A stretch of DNA of 64,000 bases from Gracilinanus agilis (GCF_016433145.1 NC_058131.1:238483007-238547006); one strand, 5' to 3'; positions 24,755 through 39,019 are shown, numbered from the stretch's first letter. Made by a program: numbers and translations. The notes: generated from the letters alone by a model not told the origin.

Positions 24755-26116
24755 GCCTAGCCCTTACCCTTCTTCTGCCTTGGGATGGATACTTAAGACT
24801 GAAGGTAAAAAAAAAAGAATTGAGGCAGGGAGACCAATTGGGAGGTCATTGCGATAGTCCAGTTGAGAAGTTAGGCGTAGGTAGTGGCTGTGTGCATGAA
24901 GACAGAGAAGGGTACACTGTAGTCAATTCCTGCAGAAGCTTATAATAGGATACAAATAGACAGAGGGCAAAGTTTCATATTTTTGTCTTTGTATCCCTTT
25001 GTATTCCAAGGATTGAGTAGGAGGTCTTGCAAATAGTAGGCACTTAATAAATATTTGTTGCTCAATTAAAGTTGAATTGAATTGGGAACAGAGTTATAAC
25101 TAGGAATTTTTTTCCTCCTGGGGCAAATAACACAAACCATGCCAGGGGCAAGTGACATGACATATTTCAGTATGCCCTCACTTGAGAGAGGCAGAAAACT
25201 ATCACACCATGAGGAAGAGAGATCCTTAGTCCTCAGTGCAAGGAGGAAGTAATTGGGAGTAAAAGGGTAAGGGGAAGGAGCTCATCTTGACAATCCCCCT
25301 ATCCTCAGTATGATAGCTTCCTATTTTAATTAATTATTCTTGCCAACTAGATTCTAAATAAACTCTGTTCTTTCTAGCTGCTGAAGAGCCCTCTAAATAT
25401 GGCATCCTGGGACAAAGCCCTTATCACCACCCCCCCTCACTTAGTTATGGTTGTAACTGGCTCTGTGTGACTCAGTAGGACAAAGGAAAAGATTGTTGGA
25501 GCTGGGCTTACTGCCTGGCTGCCCTAAGGTTTTCCAATGATGCTGTTAAGTCCTAAGTTCTCATGTGCTAGAAGAGTGGGGAGACATTCCCAAGGTGATG
25601 ATTGGGGTTGTTACCATGGTTATTACTAATTAGCATGTATTTTGAGTCACAGGGTGCAGTGGAGAACAAATGAGGGATTTTTTTTTTTTTTGCTAGGAAA
25701 TGAATCTGACAAAAATATAATGGCTCCCTTTCCTGAAATGGGAATTTGATGGTCCTGCTAGATGTTTTATCAGAAAAGAAGTTGACTAGTCATGTGCTAA
25801 GAGTAAGAAATAACCTGTGAGCAGGCCATTTGCTCTAAGCATCCACAAAATGTCAAGAGATAAACAGGAAGCCCCTTAAGGGGCTACTTATAGGCAGACT
25901 CTTGGTGAAGCATACACAGGAGGACATGGCTTCTTAGAAGTCACACAGAATGAGAGTTTAGATGGATTAAAATATCTAAACAAAAGGGTTGTCTCACCTC
26001 ACTGATCCTCAAAACATCCCTGTGAGATGGGTACTGTTAATATCACATTTCCTTAGATGGGGAAACTGTCTCTGAGGATTAAATGACAATCTGCTTCTTG
26101 ATCTCTACCATGAGTC

Positions 26117-26261
26117 NNNNNNNNNNNNNNNNNNNNNNNNNNNNNNNNNNNNNNNNNNNNNNNNNNNNNNNNNNNNNNNNNNNNNNNNNNNNNNNNNNNN
26201 NNNNNNNNNNNNNNNNNNNNNNNNNNNNNNNNNNNNNNNNNNNNNNNNNNNNNNNNNNNNN
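26117..26261. other. Assembly gap
   Basis: N run. Confidence 1.
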
Positions 26262-26816
26262 CAGGCATTTTCACGAGCTGTCTCCCCATTCTTGGAATGT
26301 TTTTTCTCCTCAGCTCCACTCCCCAGCTTACTTCAGCTTCCACCTAAAACCCTACCTTCTAAAGGAAATGATTTCTCAATTCCTTTTAATTCTAATGCCT
26401 TTCTCTCCTTTCTCTTGATTTCCTATATATCCTGTCTACATCTTATTTGTACATGGTTGCTTGCATATTATCTCCTTTATTTTATATTGTGAACTCCTTG
26501 AGGTCAGAAACTGTTTTTTGCTTTTCTTTTTTTTTTTTTGTATCTCCACCTTCAGCACAGACCCTGGCACATAGTTGGCACTTAATAAATGTTTATTGAG
26601 TGACTGATTGATTTATACATAGCTCACAAATGTTAGGGGCAAGATTTGAATCCAGATCTCCCTAATTCTAAATCCAGAGCTCTGTTATCCTTTTCCATAT
26701 TGCCTCTCACAATAATAAATGACATTCATATAATTCTCTAAGGTTTGTAAAGCATTTTACATTAGTTATTTGATCTCAGATGCATCAAGGAATCAAAATA
26801 AGTCTAATATAATTTT

Positions 26817-27399
26817 TAAAGTTTATTTATGTAATAAATTAATTTAGAATATTTTTTTCATGGTTACATGATTCATGTTCTTTCCCTCCCCTCCTCCCAC
26901 CCACCCTCCCATAACCAATGAGCAATTTCACTGGATTTTACATGTATCATTGATCAAGACCTATTTCCATATTATTAATATTTGCACTAGAGTGATCTTT
27001 TAGAGTCTACATCCTCAATCATATCCCCATCCAACCATGTGATCAATCATATGTTTTTTTTTTCTGTTACTACTCCCACAGTTCCTTCTCTGAATGTGGA
27101 TAATGTTTTTTCTCAAAAGTCCCTCAGGATTGTCCTGGATCATTTCATTGCTGCTAGTAGAGAAGTCCATTACATTCGATTTTACCACAGTGTTTCAGTC
27201 TCTGTGTACAATGTTCTCCTGGTTCTGCTCCTTTCATTCTGCATCAATTCCTGGAGGTCATTCCAGTTCACATGGAATTCCTCCAGTTCATTATTCCTTT
27301 CAGCACAATAGTATTCCACCACCAACAGATAACACAATTTGTTCAGCCATTCCCCAGTTGAAGGTCATACCCTCATTTTCCAATTTTTTTGCCACCACA
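26817..27399 (-). mobile_element. 5'-truncated L1 with TSD
   Basis: L1 3' sequence flanked by AAGTCTAATATAATTTT (26800-26816) and AAGACTAATATCATTTT (27400-27416), 15 of 17 bases identical. Confidence 0.85.
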
Positions 27400-29306
27400 A
27401 AGACTAATATCATTTTCAATGAGTTTCTTGGTGACTTAAGGGGTATTCAATGTGAGGGTGGAAATGAGTTTCTAGAAGTCTGATCCTCATATGGCCATTA
27501 GCTTGCTTACTCATGAAGATAACCAGTTGAGGCTTCTGGATTTCCATCCTTTTTTCTTTCTTCCTCTCTCACCCATGTGCACATTACAGGTGGTGGGCCT
27601 AGACCTAATTTGAAATGTGACAAGACAAAGGAGGGAATATGCCCCAGGGCTTGGGTTAAGTAATCACCAGTCAACTCAGCAGCTGTTGAGTATGAACACT
27701 CCCCAAAGTGTGGACACTAGCCAGGCTGAAAGGAAGTTGATTTAAAGAAAGGGGAATATTTGCTCTCTTGGAAGACTGGAATGTAAGGTCAATTTGATGC
27801 CTTCAAGGTCTTCCCTCATTGGCCCCATACTCCCTAACTAACCTAATCTCTCAATACCTTTTTTTCACTTACAAGTTATTTAAGCCAGGACAGTCTTCTT
27901 ATTGCCTTCCCACTCCTACCATGTTCATTCTGGTCAATGAGGACTTTCCCAAGACTTTTATCCCACTTAGATTTCTTCCCCTCCTAACCATCATATCCAT
28001 TCTGAAGGTGCCAGTTCTATTCTTTTCTTCCCTTGGAAGCCTTCCTCAGTCACTTTAGCCTTGAGTCATCTCTCTGGTCTTGCAATCACATTGATTGTGG
28101 ACCATAAACTCATTGGTGTGGCCATTCCCTCTAGAATGCAATACCTGTAGTCATCATTAGGTAATCAACAACTGTCAAGAAAAGGTCAACTGGGACAGCA
28201 CAGTGGATAGAGCATCACACTTTGAGTCTGAGGGCAAGTCACTTAGTCCAGGTTGCCTACTCCTTGCTGCTCTTCTGACTTAGAATTGATACTGACAGGT
28301 GTTAAAGGTTTTAGAAAAAGGGGGGGAAGGCTAACCATCCCCACAAACTTTCCATCAATCAATGGCCACTTACAGGACAGACAAACCAGACTAAATGAAC
28401 AATGAGACAATCTGAGGGAGAAACAGGAGGCACCTCCTCTCAGACTCAAGTTCTTTGGAGTGCTTTTGGATTACACTGCAAGGTCTCTATAATGTCCAGA
28501 GACTTGAGAGAATCAAAAAGAAGCATCTGGAAGACTATAGAGAGTCTTTCTTCACCTTGATTTCTGTAATAAAACTTCTCTATGAAGGCAGCAAATATCT
28601 TTGTATTACCTTGAGTTTCACCAGATATTAATGATGAGAATTACTGAATAATGTTGTTTCTGTTATTATAGCTGTAAAAATGAACAACTGCTTATTGATG
28701 AAATCATTGAGTAGGAAGGTTTTCCTCATAATCAGAGCCATAACTAACTAGGAATATCAGGTTTTTGCCCTGGGGAACTGAAATGTAGAGGGTAATAACA
28801 GCACTTAGACTCCTTTGGAAGCATAGTTCAGAAACAACTGAGCTTAGCACCTATTTCAGAAGAATAATTAGTTAAAATAGAAAGCTACCAGATGACTGTC
28901 TCCTTCCTTGCAGCTCCACCCAAGGTGAGCTCCTTTCTGGCTCAGATTTTTTCCCTCCTTCCCTGAAGTGTCTCTGGGTCTGAGCTCACAGGGACTTTAA
29001 ATCCAGAACTTTGGTACCTCATGACCCAGGTAATTTATTTTTAAAGTTGACTTGAGGTATCATGGAGGAAAAAAACTCACTTTATTACAACTTCAAAAAT
29101 GTTAATAAAAGGCTTTATTCTATACATTGTTACAAGCCAAAGAAGGGAGAAGCATCAACTGGCACATGGAGAAGTTATGTCTTTAGAGGGCAAATGAACC
29201 ATTTTCCACAAGCTTAAGAAATACACAATCATGCTGGGTTCACTAGACTAGTCACTGGTCATGAGGACAACTGGTTGTGCTTTAGGGGGGGAGGAGAGGA
29301 ACTTTT

Positions 29307-29961
29307 AAAAAAATAGTTCCTTTCAAAGATATTTTATTTTTCCAATTACATGTAATAATATTTCCCAATATTTCCCAATTATATGTAATATAACAATTTT
29401 GACATACATTTTCTGAAATTATAAGATCCAAATTATCTCCCTCCTTCCCTTCTCTCCCCATCTCAGAGATGATAAACAATTTGATCTGGATTATATATGT
29501 ATTATCATGTACAACATACTTATTGTTGTAAGAGAATACTCATATAAAACCAAAACTAGAAAATAAAATCATAAATAAACTAATGTGAAAGATAGTATGC
29601 TTTGATCTGCATCTGACTCCAACAGTTCTTTCTATAGAGGTGGATAGCATTCTTTATCATAATTTTCCCAGATCATTGTATTGCTGAGAGTAGCTAAGTC
29701 TTTCATAGTTGATCATCATACAATATTGTTGTTACTATGTGTTCTCCGGGTTCTGCTTCTTTCACTCTGCATCAGTTCATGTAGATCTTTCCATTTTTTC
29801 TGAAGTCATCTTGTTCATCATTTCTCACAGCACAATAGTATTTCATCACCAGCATATACCACAATTTGTTCAGTCATTCCCCAGTTGATGGACATCCCCT
29901 CAATTTCCAATTTTTTACAATTATAAAAAGCTACTATCAATACTTTTGTATAAATAAGGAT
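29307..29961 (-). mobile_element. 5'-truncated L1 with TSD at a TT/AAAA endonuclease site
   Basis: AGGAACTTTTAAA occurs at both 29297 and 29962, flanking antisense L1 3' sequence. Confidence 0.85.
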
Positions 29962-30726
29962 AGGAACTTTTAAATCTGCTAATTGATCTCAAGAGTCCAA
30001 GACTGGACAGACTCTATCTTTTGATTATCCTTTTAGAAGAACCGGGGCAAAGAAAGGCAAAAACATGGAGGCTTTATTTTTCACACCTGCTTATTTTCAT
30101 TTTAAAAGTAGGCCTATTCTAGCTCCACGTTAGCCAGGTAAATAAAGGAAAAACATAGTATCTCTCTCTTTCTGCCACTACAAAGGCATGTATAATGGAG
30201 TAAATTGCTAATACTCAAATTGCTAGTGACCTCTCTGATTGGACTGAAAACTAGCTTTCCATAACTACATACCCTTAGTTCTAGTTCTGCTCTCTGGAAA
30301 GATTCAGGATAAGGCCAAGGCTCCTTCCACATGAAAGCTCTTCAAATATTTGAAGACAATTATCATATTTCACCAGTCCTCCCCCAGCTCTCTGAGTCTT
30401 CTCTTTTCTAGGCTAAACTCAGGGCAAACCTTTCAACTGCTTCTCATAAATCATAATTTTGATCTTTGTCATTCTGATCCCCCTTATCTGGATGTTCCAT
30501 TTTGTCATCATCCTTTCCAAGTTGTGGTACCCAGAAGTGAACACAACATTCTAGCTGGAAACTGAGGCAAGGTAGAGAACTAGGATTCTCACCTCCCTTG
30601 TTCTGTATGCCATATTTCTTTTAGTGACTCTCTCATATTGCCTTACCCTGAGGACACATAAGCTGCCCTTCAGCTGGGCCTCCCATCTTTTGTAGTCCAA
30701 ACTATTAAAAAAATCAAACATTGAAT

Positions 30727-30930
30727 GGCAGCAACTATGGTTCAGTGGATTGAAAGCCAGGCCTAGAAATGGGAGGTCCTGGATTCAAATCTGACCTTGG
30801 ATATTTCCTAGCTGTGTGACCCTGAGCAAGTCACTTAATTGTCATTACCTAGTCCTTCCTGCTCTTCTTCCTTGGAACCAATACACAATATTGATTCTAA
30901 GACAGAAGGTAAGTACTTTTAAAAAATAAG
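30727..30930 (+). mobile_element. SINE1_Mdo-like SINE
   Basis: Family match ending GATTCTAAGACAGAAGGTAAG plus an A-rich tail. Confidence 0.88.
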
Positions 30931-30939
30931 TGGAATGGA

Positions 30940-31095
30940 CTATTACAAGTGGTGATTGGGTTCCCTTCACCGGAAATTTTTAAGCAGAGGCTGGTTGATC
31001 ATTTGGATATGTTGTAGAAAGGATTCTTTTTTGGGTAAGGGTTTGGATGTGAAGGCTAATGAGGTCCTTTAGTACCCTGGGACTCTGGGATGCCT
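30940..31095 (+). mobile_element. CR1/L3 3' end fragment
   Basis: TTCCCTTCACCGGAAATTTTTAAGCAGAGGCTGG...GAGGTCCTT resembles the L3 3' terminus. Confidence 0.6.
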
Positions 31096-32421
31096 TAAAT
31101 TATAATCTATAGCCCATTGGGTGGCTCCTCTTCTTTAGAAGAATATGTATAAGAAATGTAGAGGGTGTGAAGGCAAAAATGGGCTGTGGCCTGGACTTAT
31201 AGAAGGAAGTATTCACACTAAGATCACAGATCCATAGAGTTGTTAAAGCAAATTCTATCTGATTAGTTTCCAGGCTATTGAGATTCACAGTGATTAGTGG
31301 TTCATAGTGGTTAGATCACTGGATTTGCAGTCAGAAAGACCTAGTCCCACCGTGGACAAAATCACTCAACTTTTCAGTCCCATAGTTTTCTCATGTGCAA
31401 AATTAGGGAGTTGGACTTGGTGGGACGGGAGCAAGCAGGTATAAAGCATCTATTAAGTGCCAAGCATTGTGCTAAGCACCTTATAAATATCTCATCTAAT
31501 AGCCTCTAGAATCTCTTACAGCTCTAAATCCATGATCGTATTCATTCACCCACAACTCCTAAAACCCCTCTACTTGTCCATTCATTCATCTGAATCTTTA
31601 TTGAGCCTATAGATATTTTTTGCCTGTGGCCTTTAATTGTCTGTCAATAGAGGGAAATGGATAGTTGTCTCAGAAAGAATTATAAGTAGGAATTCTGGTA
31701 TCCCAGGACAAATTGAGGAGGGGCTAAGGAGAAAGACAGCAGGTGAAGTTGGCCAGTATTAGGGTAATTGATCCTGGGAGAGGAGAGTCAAAGCAATGGA
31801 ACCGTGGAACCAAATTAGAAAATGGGGGCAGTTAGAGAACAGGTGGATGCATAGAGGCTCTGGAAGATATCTACTGAGAGAAACACTTTCTCCTATGCCA
31901 TCTATTTTCAGCAAACTAGAGTAAAATCCCAGCTATCCTGTTCTTATTACAGATGTTGTTAATATCAGTCTATATTTGACCCCTGGAAGAATTAAGGAGT
32001 TCTTAACCAGTAACTTGCCTTTGTTATATTTTGATAATGATTTCAATATAACTGATTTCCTTTGTAACCCTATGTATTTTATTTTATGCATTAAAATTAT
32101 TTTTAAAAATTCTTACCTTTCATATTGGAATCAATGTTGTGTATCAGTTCCAAGGCAGAAGAGCAGTAAGGGGTTAAATGACTTGCCCAGGGTCACAGAG
32201 CTAGGAAGTGTTTGAGGTCACATTTGAATCCAGAACCTCCTGTCTCTAGGCCTGGCTTTCAATCTAATGAGGGCAGTCATTTTTCTAAGGCACTAAAAAG
32301 AAAAGTGAACTAAATAGGACGGAAGCAGAGACATTTCCTGTAGGTCTCAGCACCTTAGGGCCTCAGATTTTGCATATAATCAGTAGAGAGAAAGCTGGAG
32401 GGGCAGCTAGTTGGCAAAATA

Positions 32422-32663
32422 GGGCAGCTAGATGGCAGAGGAGATAGAGCACCAGGCTAGGAGTTAGGAAGGGTCATCTTCCTCAGTTCAAATCTGGTCT
32501 CAGACACTGACTAACTGTGTGACCCTGGACAAGTCACTTAACTCTGTTTGCCTCAGTTTCTTCATCTGTAAAATGAGCTGGAGAAGGAAATGTCAAACCA
32601 CTCCAGTATCTTTGTTAAGGAAAATTCCAAATGGGGTCATGAAGTGTTTGATGTGACTGAACA
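32422..32663 (+). mobile_element. MAR1-like CORE-SINE
   Basis: tRNA-like head, CORE, and the RTE-type tail GAGCTGGAGAAGGAAAT..CAAACCACTCCAGTATCTTTG..GACTGAACAA. The head is briefly duplicated at 32400. Confidence 0.85.
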
Positions 32664-33000
32664 ATGGGAAGATAAGGTTGGTGTTCCTTTAACTGCTTCT
32701 TCTTTAACAAGAAAAATTAACCCTGATCTTCTATCTTAGTATCAGTTCTAAGACAGAAAAGTGGCAAGGGCTGGGGTTAAATGACTTGCCCAGAGTCATA
32801 TAGCTAGGTAGCATTTGAGATGAGATTTGAACCCAAGACCTCCAAGTCCAGGTCTGGTGCTCAATCCAGTGTGCTACCTAGCTGCCCCTTTCTTGGCTCC
32901 TTTATCCTTGGTGTTTTAGCTTAATGTAGGCTTGGTTCAAACTTTAATTTAATTAAAAAATTTTTTTTTACTTTTTGTTTTTTTTTTGTAGGTATATATA

Positions 33001-33003
<3 letters not shown>

Positions 33004-33039
<36 letters not shown>
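33004..33039. repeat. (AC)n microsatellite
   Basis: Directly visible. Confidence 0.98.
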
Positions 33040-33041
<2 letters not shown>

Positions 33042-34412
33042 ATATTTCTGAATATCACAGATACTTCCCAATAACACCTAACCTTTACCACAGCCATCCT
33101 TTCTTCTTTATGACTAGACCTGTGATTTTACTGGTATAGGATCCTCCCAGTTGGAAACCTTCTTCTACCAATACTCATTTGTGTAGAAAGTAGGGCTTGA
33201 ACCCACATCTTTCTGATTCAGACACTCAATGCCTCTCAGCCTTTCCTTATGCCCCCCAAACCCAAAACATTTAAGCAAAACCAAATGACACAGCAATAAA
33301 TGGAATGTTCCACATCTATAGCCTTCCACCTTGAGAAGAGGGAAGACTGGTTCTCTTTTGGACCTCTGGAACCAAGACTGGTTTTTTATCATGTGATTTT
33401 TGATGCCTTTAACGTTGTCTCCATTTGCTTTGTCGTCATTACCATTTGTATCATCCTTCTGGCCTGTTTTCTTTGCTCTGTGGATGCACCATTTAACAGC
33501 CGGAGCCCCTTCCTACTCAACCCCCTCACCTCGGTTCTCTCTTCTTTCTGTCCCTTTTTGGTTTTCAAAGCTTGTACACCCTTTAGCACCTCCCACCAAA
33601 GAGCTGCTGAGAAGACTGACACCAAATGAAGCCAATTAACATTTCACACCTGTCCCTTGCCCAGATGCTGGCTCTCCACTCTTCCCTATATTCTTCCGCT
33701 GATTTGCAGATTGGCTCCTGTCTCCCAAGGAGAGGATTCTATCAAAGCCTGAGCCTACCGTTGTTATAATATCATGATACTTTAAGTCTACAGTAATTAA
33801 AAAAAAACCTCACACATATACATTTAGTTTCCACTAAGCGTAAGGCAAGAGTCATTTTATTGCTTTTGGTGTGGAAAGAGGAAAACACTGAAGAGACAGA
33901 AGGAAGAGAGAGTCTGGGCACCTCTGCCCCAGGAGGCAGCCTCAAGGGGTGAAGGGGTGAGCTGGGAAGTTCTTGCTTGCCATTTCTGATATCTGGGAAG
34001 TAAGCTGTAGGTTGTTAGCTAGAAGTGGGTGGAAAGAGAGATGAAATGGGGCTTAAAGGAAAGCACAGACTCCAAAGAGTTGATGATGTGGGAAGTGAGC
34101 TGAGAAACGTAGCATCCATCTTATAGTGGTTCTGGAACTAGTACAGGAGGGAAGCTGAGAGGTGGGAGGGATCCAGAGCTAATGGCTGGAATATTGGGAA
34201 GGGCAGAAAAGTCTGAGGATCTAAGAGCCTTAGGGACTGGACAGATCATTTGAGGTAGCCAGGGTTCAAATCTCAGTTCTGGTACTTACTACCTGTGTGA
34301 CATTAGGAAAATTACTTAGCCTCTCTGGGCTTCAGTTTCCTTATTTGTAAAATGAAGGGACTGGGTTTGACATCTTTTGAGATCCTTCTAGCTCTAAATC
34401 TATGAATAGCTT

Positions 34413-34570
34413 ATGGAACTGGGGATCTTTGATCTGGAGAAGAGAAGACTAAGGGGAAATATGACAGCTGTCAAAATATCTGGAGAGCTTACTATGTATA
34501 GTCAGACATGGACTTATTTTGTGTTGTTCCAGAGGACAGAATTAGGACAAGTGGCTAAAACAATACCTGA
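34413..34570 (+). mobile_element. CR1/L3 LINE ORF2 C-terminal fragment
   Basis: ELGIFDLEKRRLRGNMTAV matches the CR1 motif ELGLFSLEKRRLRGDL. Confidence 0.8.
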
Positions 34571-35914
34571 TATGTATATAAGTCCTTTAAGGGGCACTTT
34601 ATATAAATGAGCTCATTCGAGCTTTAGGAAGCCAGGAAGGATAATTGAGGTCACACAGGCAGCAAGGAGTGGAGCCAGGATTCTAACCTGTGCTCTTCAG
34701 ATGTCATTCAGAGGGTCATAGAGAGTCAGAGGTGGGATCTGAAGCCCAATTTTCCTAGTTCCAGATCTTACATTTTAGACACCAACCATGCTGACACTGC
34801 AGGCAGGCAGCACTCTGAAAAGATATCTTGGATCAAACTTAGGTAGTTTGGTCCAGTATATTGAGGAATTTCCTAACAATTGGAGTTCTGCAACAGGGGA
34901 ATGGGCTCCCCAATACTAGGCAGGAATTGACTATAGCACGAGTTAGGAAGAAAAGTTCAAATCCAGCTTCAGACATTTACTAGCTCTATGACCCTGAATA
35001 AGTGTGCCCACAAGACACGCGAGACCTGTGTCTGCCTCAGTTTCCTCATCTTTAAAGTGGGGATAATAAATACCATCTATCTCCCAGAGTTCTCGTGAAG
35101 AGAAGATGAGTTATGGTTATAAAATGCTTTGTGCAAATGAAAGCGCTATATACATGTTAACTACTATTATTAACACTGGAAGTTATTTAAGCCGAGGTTG
35201 GCTGAATGGTTGGATGGGGTATACTGGAGAGGTAATATGGACTGGGAAGGCTTGATGACCTCTACATTAATACTTTGATGTTAAAGTAACAGAATCTGGA
35301 ATCCAGGGTATGGAAGGACTCTAGAGTGGTGAGGAGAGAAGGGGATAGTGTGAGAGAAATGATATTAAGAGATGGGAGGTTCAAATAAGGGAAGAAACTA
35401 GGTTTATTGGGGGAAAGGTTCAGAAGTCACAGAGGAGAGAGGGAGGAATTCATTGGCAATCTCTGAGGGGCAGCAAGCAATATGAAGACATTATTCAAAT
35501 CAGAGCTTTATTTCTATAAAAGATAGGCCAAGAGGAATTGGGCTTAAACTGGAATAAGAAGAATTTAGATTAGCCATGAAGAAGTTGTTGAAAGTTTGAC
35601 ATTCTAATGTTGGAACAGGCTAGGCTAGACCCCCATTTCTCAGTATGGTTTGGGTAATAGAATGATAGAACCTCAGAGGTCCTCTTGTTCAGCCCCCCCT
35701 CCCATTTGACTATAGAAAGGAAATGGTATGCGTTTAGTCAGACTGATAGAAAATGGTAGGGCCAGTATTTGAACCCAAATCTTCTCTCTGATAGCAAATC
35801 CAGGGCTCTGCCCTAGTAGAGTATTATTGGGAAGAATAGGATTATAATGATAGGACAATAGAAGTTTATAGTTGGGAGTCACCTCAGAGATAAATTGGTC
35901 CTATCCCTGAATTT

Positions 35915-36150
35915 TGTTTAGTCATCTTTTAGTCGTGTCTAACTCTGTCACCCCATTTAGAATTTTCTTGACGAAGATCCTGGACTAGGTTGCCATTTCC
36001 TTCTCTAGCTTGTTTTACAGATGAGGAAACTGGGGTAAAGAGGGTGAAGTGTCCAGGGTCACACAGCTAGGAAGTATCCAGGGTCATATTTGAACACAGG
36101 AAGATGAATCTTCCTGACTCCAGGCCTGATACTCTATGCACTGGGCCACC
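35915..36150 (-). mobile_element. MAR1-like CORE-SINE
   Basis: Reverse complement of the same family. Confidence 0.8.
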
Positions 36151-36523
36151 TAAAATACAAACTCCCACATTCCTTAGTTTCAGTCAAGATTCAGCTCATG
36201 TCACTTTCTGCATGAATCCTTTATTGACCCCATTAAGATGCTAATACCTCCCTCCCCATCAAAAGGGTCTATATTTATTTTTTGTATGTGTGTATGTGCG
36301 TGTGTATGCTTTGTGCCCTTTTCCAACAAATGGCAGAATGTAAAATCCTTGAGGGATGGTCTGTTTGACTTCTGCTGTTGTATCCTCATTGCCCGGCACA
36401 GTTCCTGGCACAGGTAGGTACATAATAAGTTTGTGGATGGTTTCCCATATTTGTTTTTATGTTTACTAAGTGATAGGCACTGTGCTGAACTATTAGGGAG
36501 ATATTAAAAAGCAAAAACAGTTC

Positions 36524-37127
36524 NNNNNNNNNNNNNNNNNNNNNNNNNNNNNNNNNNNNNNNNNNNNNNNNNNNNNNNNNNNNNNNNNNNNNNNNNNNNN
36601 NNNNNNNNNNNNNNNNNNNNNNNNNNNNNNNNNNNNNNNNNNNNNNNNNNNNNNNNNNNNNNNNNNNNNNNNNNNNNNNNNNNNNNNNNNNNNNNNNNNN
36701 NNNNNNNNNNNNNNNNNNNNNNNNNNNNNNNNNNNNNNNNNNNNNNNNNNNNNNNNNNNNNNNNNNNNNNNNNNNNNNNNNNNNNNNNNNNNNNNNNNNN
36801 NNNNNNNNNNNNNNNNNNNNNNNNNNNNNNNNNNNNNNNNNNNNNNNNNNNNNNNNNNNNNNNNNNNNNNNNNNNNNNNNNNNNNNNNNNNNNNNNNNNN
36901 NNNNNNNNNNNNNNNNNNNNNNNNNNNNNNNNNNNNNNNNNNNNNNNNNNNNNNNNNNNNNNNNNNNNNNNNNNNNNNNNNNNNNNNNNNNNNNNNNNNN
37001 NNNNNNNNNNNNNNNNNNNNNNNNNNNNNNNNNNNNNNNNNNNNNNNNNNNNNNNNNNNNNNNNNNNNNNNNNNNNNNNNNNNNNNNNNNNNNNNNNNNN
37101 NNNNNNNNNNNNNNNNNNNNNNNNNNN
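36524..37127. other. Assembly gap
   Basis: N run. Confidence 1.
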
Positions 37128-38580
37128 GCGAAGAATGGTAAGGGCCAGGAAATGGGGGGGGGCAAGTGATTTACCCAAGATCACACAGTTAGGAAATAGC
37201 TGAGGTCACATTTGAACCCAGAACCTGGCTCTCTATCCATTAAGCCACCTAGCTGCTCCCAAGAAGCTTATAATCTAATGGGAGGAGAGGAAGGTCCTGC
37301 CCCTAGAAAGAGCACATAGTTGTGTTGATTGATGGCCTGATAGGACTCTTTGGTCCTCCTGATGACCTCATACATAGCTCTAGAGTAGAGCCAATGCTTT
37401 TGATAGCTCTTCTCTCCCCCTTATCCAGGGTTGGGTATTCAGCAGTTGCCTAGAAAAGGCTTGTAGATGGCTGGCCTCTTTCTGTCTTTGAGACTTGGCT
37501 TGGGAATGGCCTGCTTTGTCCCTGCTAACAGCTGAGGGCCCAGGGAACATGTGACAGTCCCCAGAGGTGCCAGCTCTTGGCGAGGCTGCTGGGTCTGACC
37601 TACTAGGAGGAGGCATCAATAAGTTGAAGTCACCACGCAGACCCAGGCACCTGGAGTGATGAATGGGGGTGGGGAGGGGAAGGTTTCTGCACTTCTCAGG
37701 AGAATGAGACCCATTGCTTGGCACTTTTGGCTTGGCAGATGTGTCTTCTGTTGCCATGGTTACTGGCCTAACAATAACTGAGCCGGATTTGATGTTCCCC
37801 ACACCCCGCCCCAGCCTTCCCACCAGTTACTGAGCTGCCACCTGGGAGGGTGCTCCCTTCTCCCTTGGGAACACGGAGTGTAAGGGGAATCGGTGGGAGG
37901 CAGAAACCTGCTATCTGAGGAGGTTTGGAGTGGGAGTTCTTCCTTAAAATCACACATAAAGAGGTAGAAGTGATCTTAGAGGTTAACTAGACCATCTTAT
38001 AGAAAAGGAAATTTGAGATTCTAGGAGGGCAAGTGACTTGGCCAGGGTCACCCAGCTAGGAAGTGTCTGAGGCCAGAGTTGAACCCAGGACCTCCCGTCT
38101 CTAGGCTTGGCTCTCCATCCATTGAACCACCCAGCTGCCCCCTTCATTTAACTTTTTAACCTAACCCCATATCACAGTGCTGAAACCCTTAATAAAGGTT
38201 TGTTGATTGATTGATTGTCCTGCTGTTGCTTTCTTCTTTATCAAGGAACTCTGGTTATAGATTGAACTCAAGCATCCAAACTGCTGGAGAGGCAGTCTCT
38301 CACTGTGGAGACGAAGCCTTCCACTGAGCCAGGGAGACTGAGGTTCAAGTCTTGCTTCTGATTGGGTTTTGTCACTCTGGGGAAATGACTTAACTTCTCA
38401 GTGCTGGGCCACTCTCCAAGTGCTGATCTGTGCTGGCAGAGTGAATTTTCTATACTGATGTAATCAGCAGTCTGGTCCATTGTAACGGTACAGCTGTTCT
38501 GGGAATGTGTTTTGTGGTCCCCTAGGAAGCAGTTTCTTGATTCACATTGACACCTGGAATTAAAAATCAACTGAAGGTAG

Positions 38581-38950
38581 CTAGCTAGCTCAGAGGATAG
38601 AGAGCCAGACATGGACACAGGTCTCGAAAACTTCCTAGCTGTGTGACCCTGGACAAGTCACTTAACCCCCATTGCCCAGCCCTTACCACTCTTCTGTCTT
38701 GGAACCAATATGCAGTATTGATTCTAAGCTGGAAGGTAAGGTTAAAAAAATTTATACTTCTTCTGTGGGGCAACTAGGAAGCACAGTGGATAGAGCACCA
38801 AGCCTGGGTTCAACTCTGACCTCAGACACTTTCTAGCTGTGTGACTCTGGACAAGTCACTTAACCCCCATTGCCTAGCTCTTACCACTCTTCTGTCTTGG
38901 AAATGGTACTTAGTATCAATTCTAAGACATAAGGTGACGGTTTAAAAAAA
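38581..38950 (+). mobile_element. Two tandem SINE1_Mdo-like SINEs
   Basis: Two consecutive copies at about 38581-38750 and 38767-38950. Confidence 0.88.
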
Positions 38951-39019
38951 TCAGTCAGGTGTACAAAGGATAACCAGAAGTTATTTTTTTATGCACAGAC
39001 AGGAAGAGCACTTTTTAAC

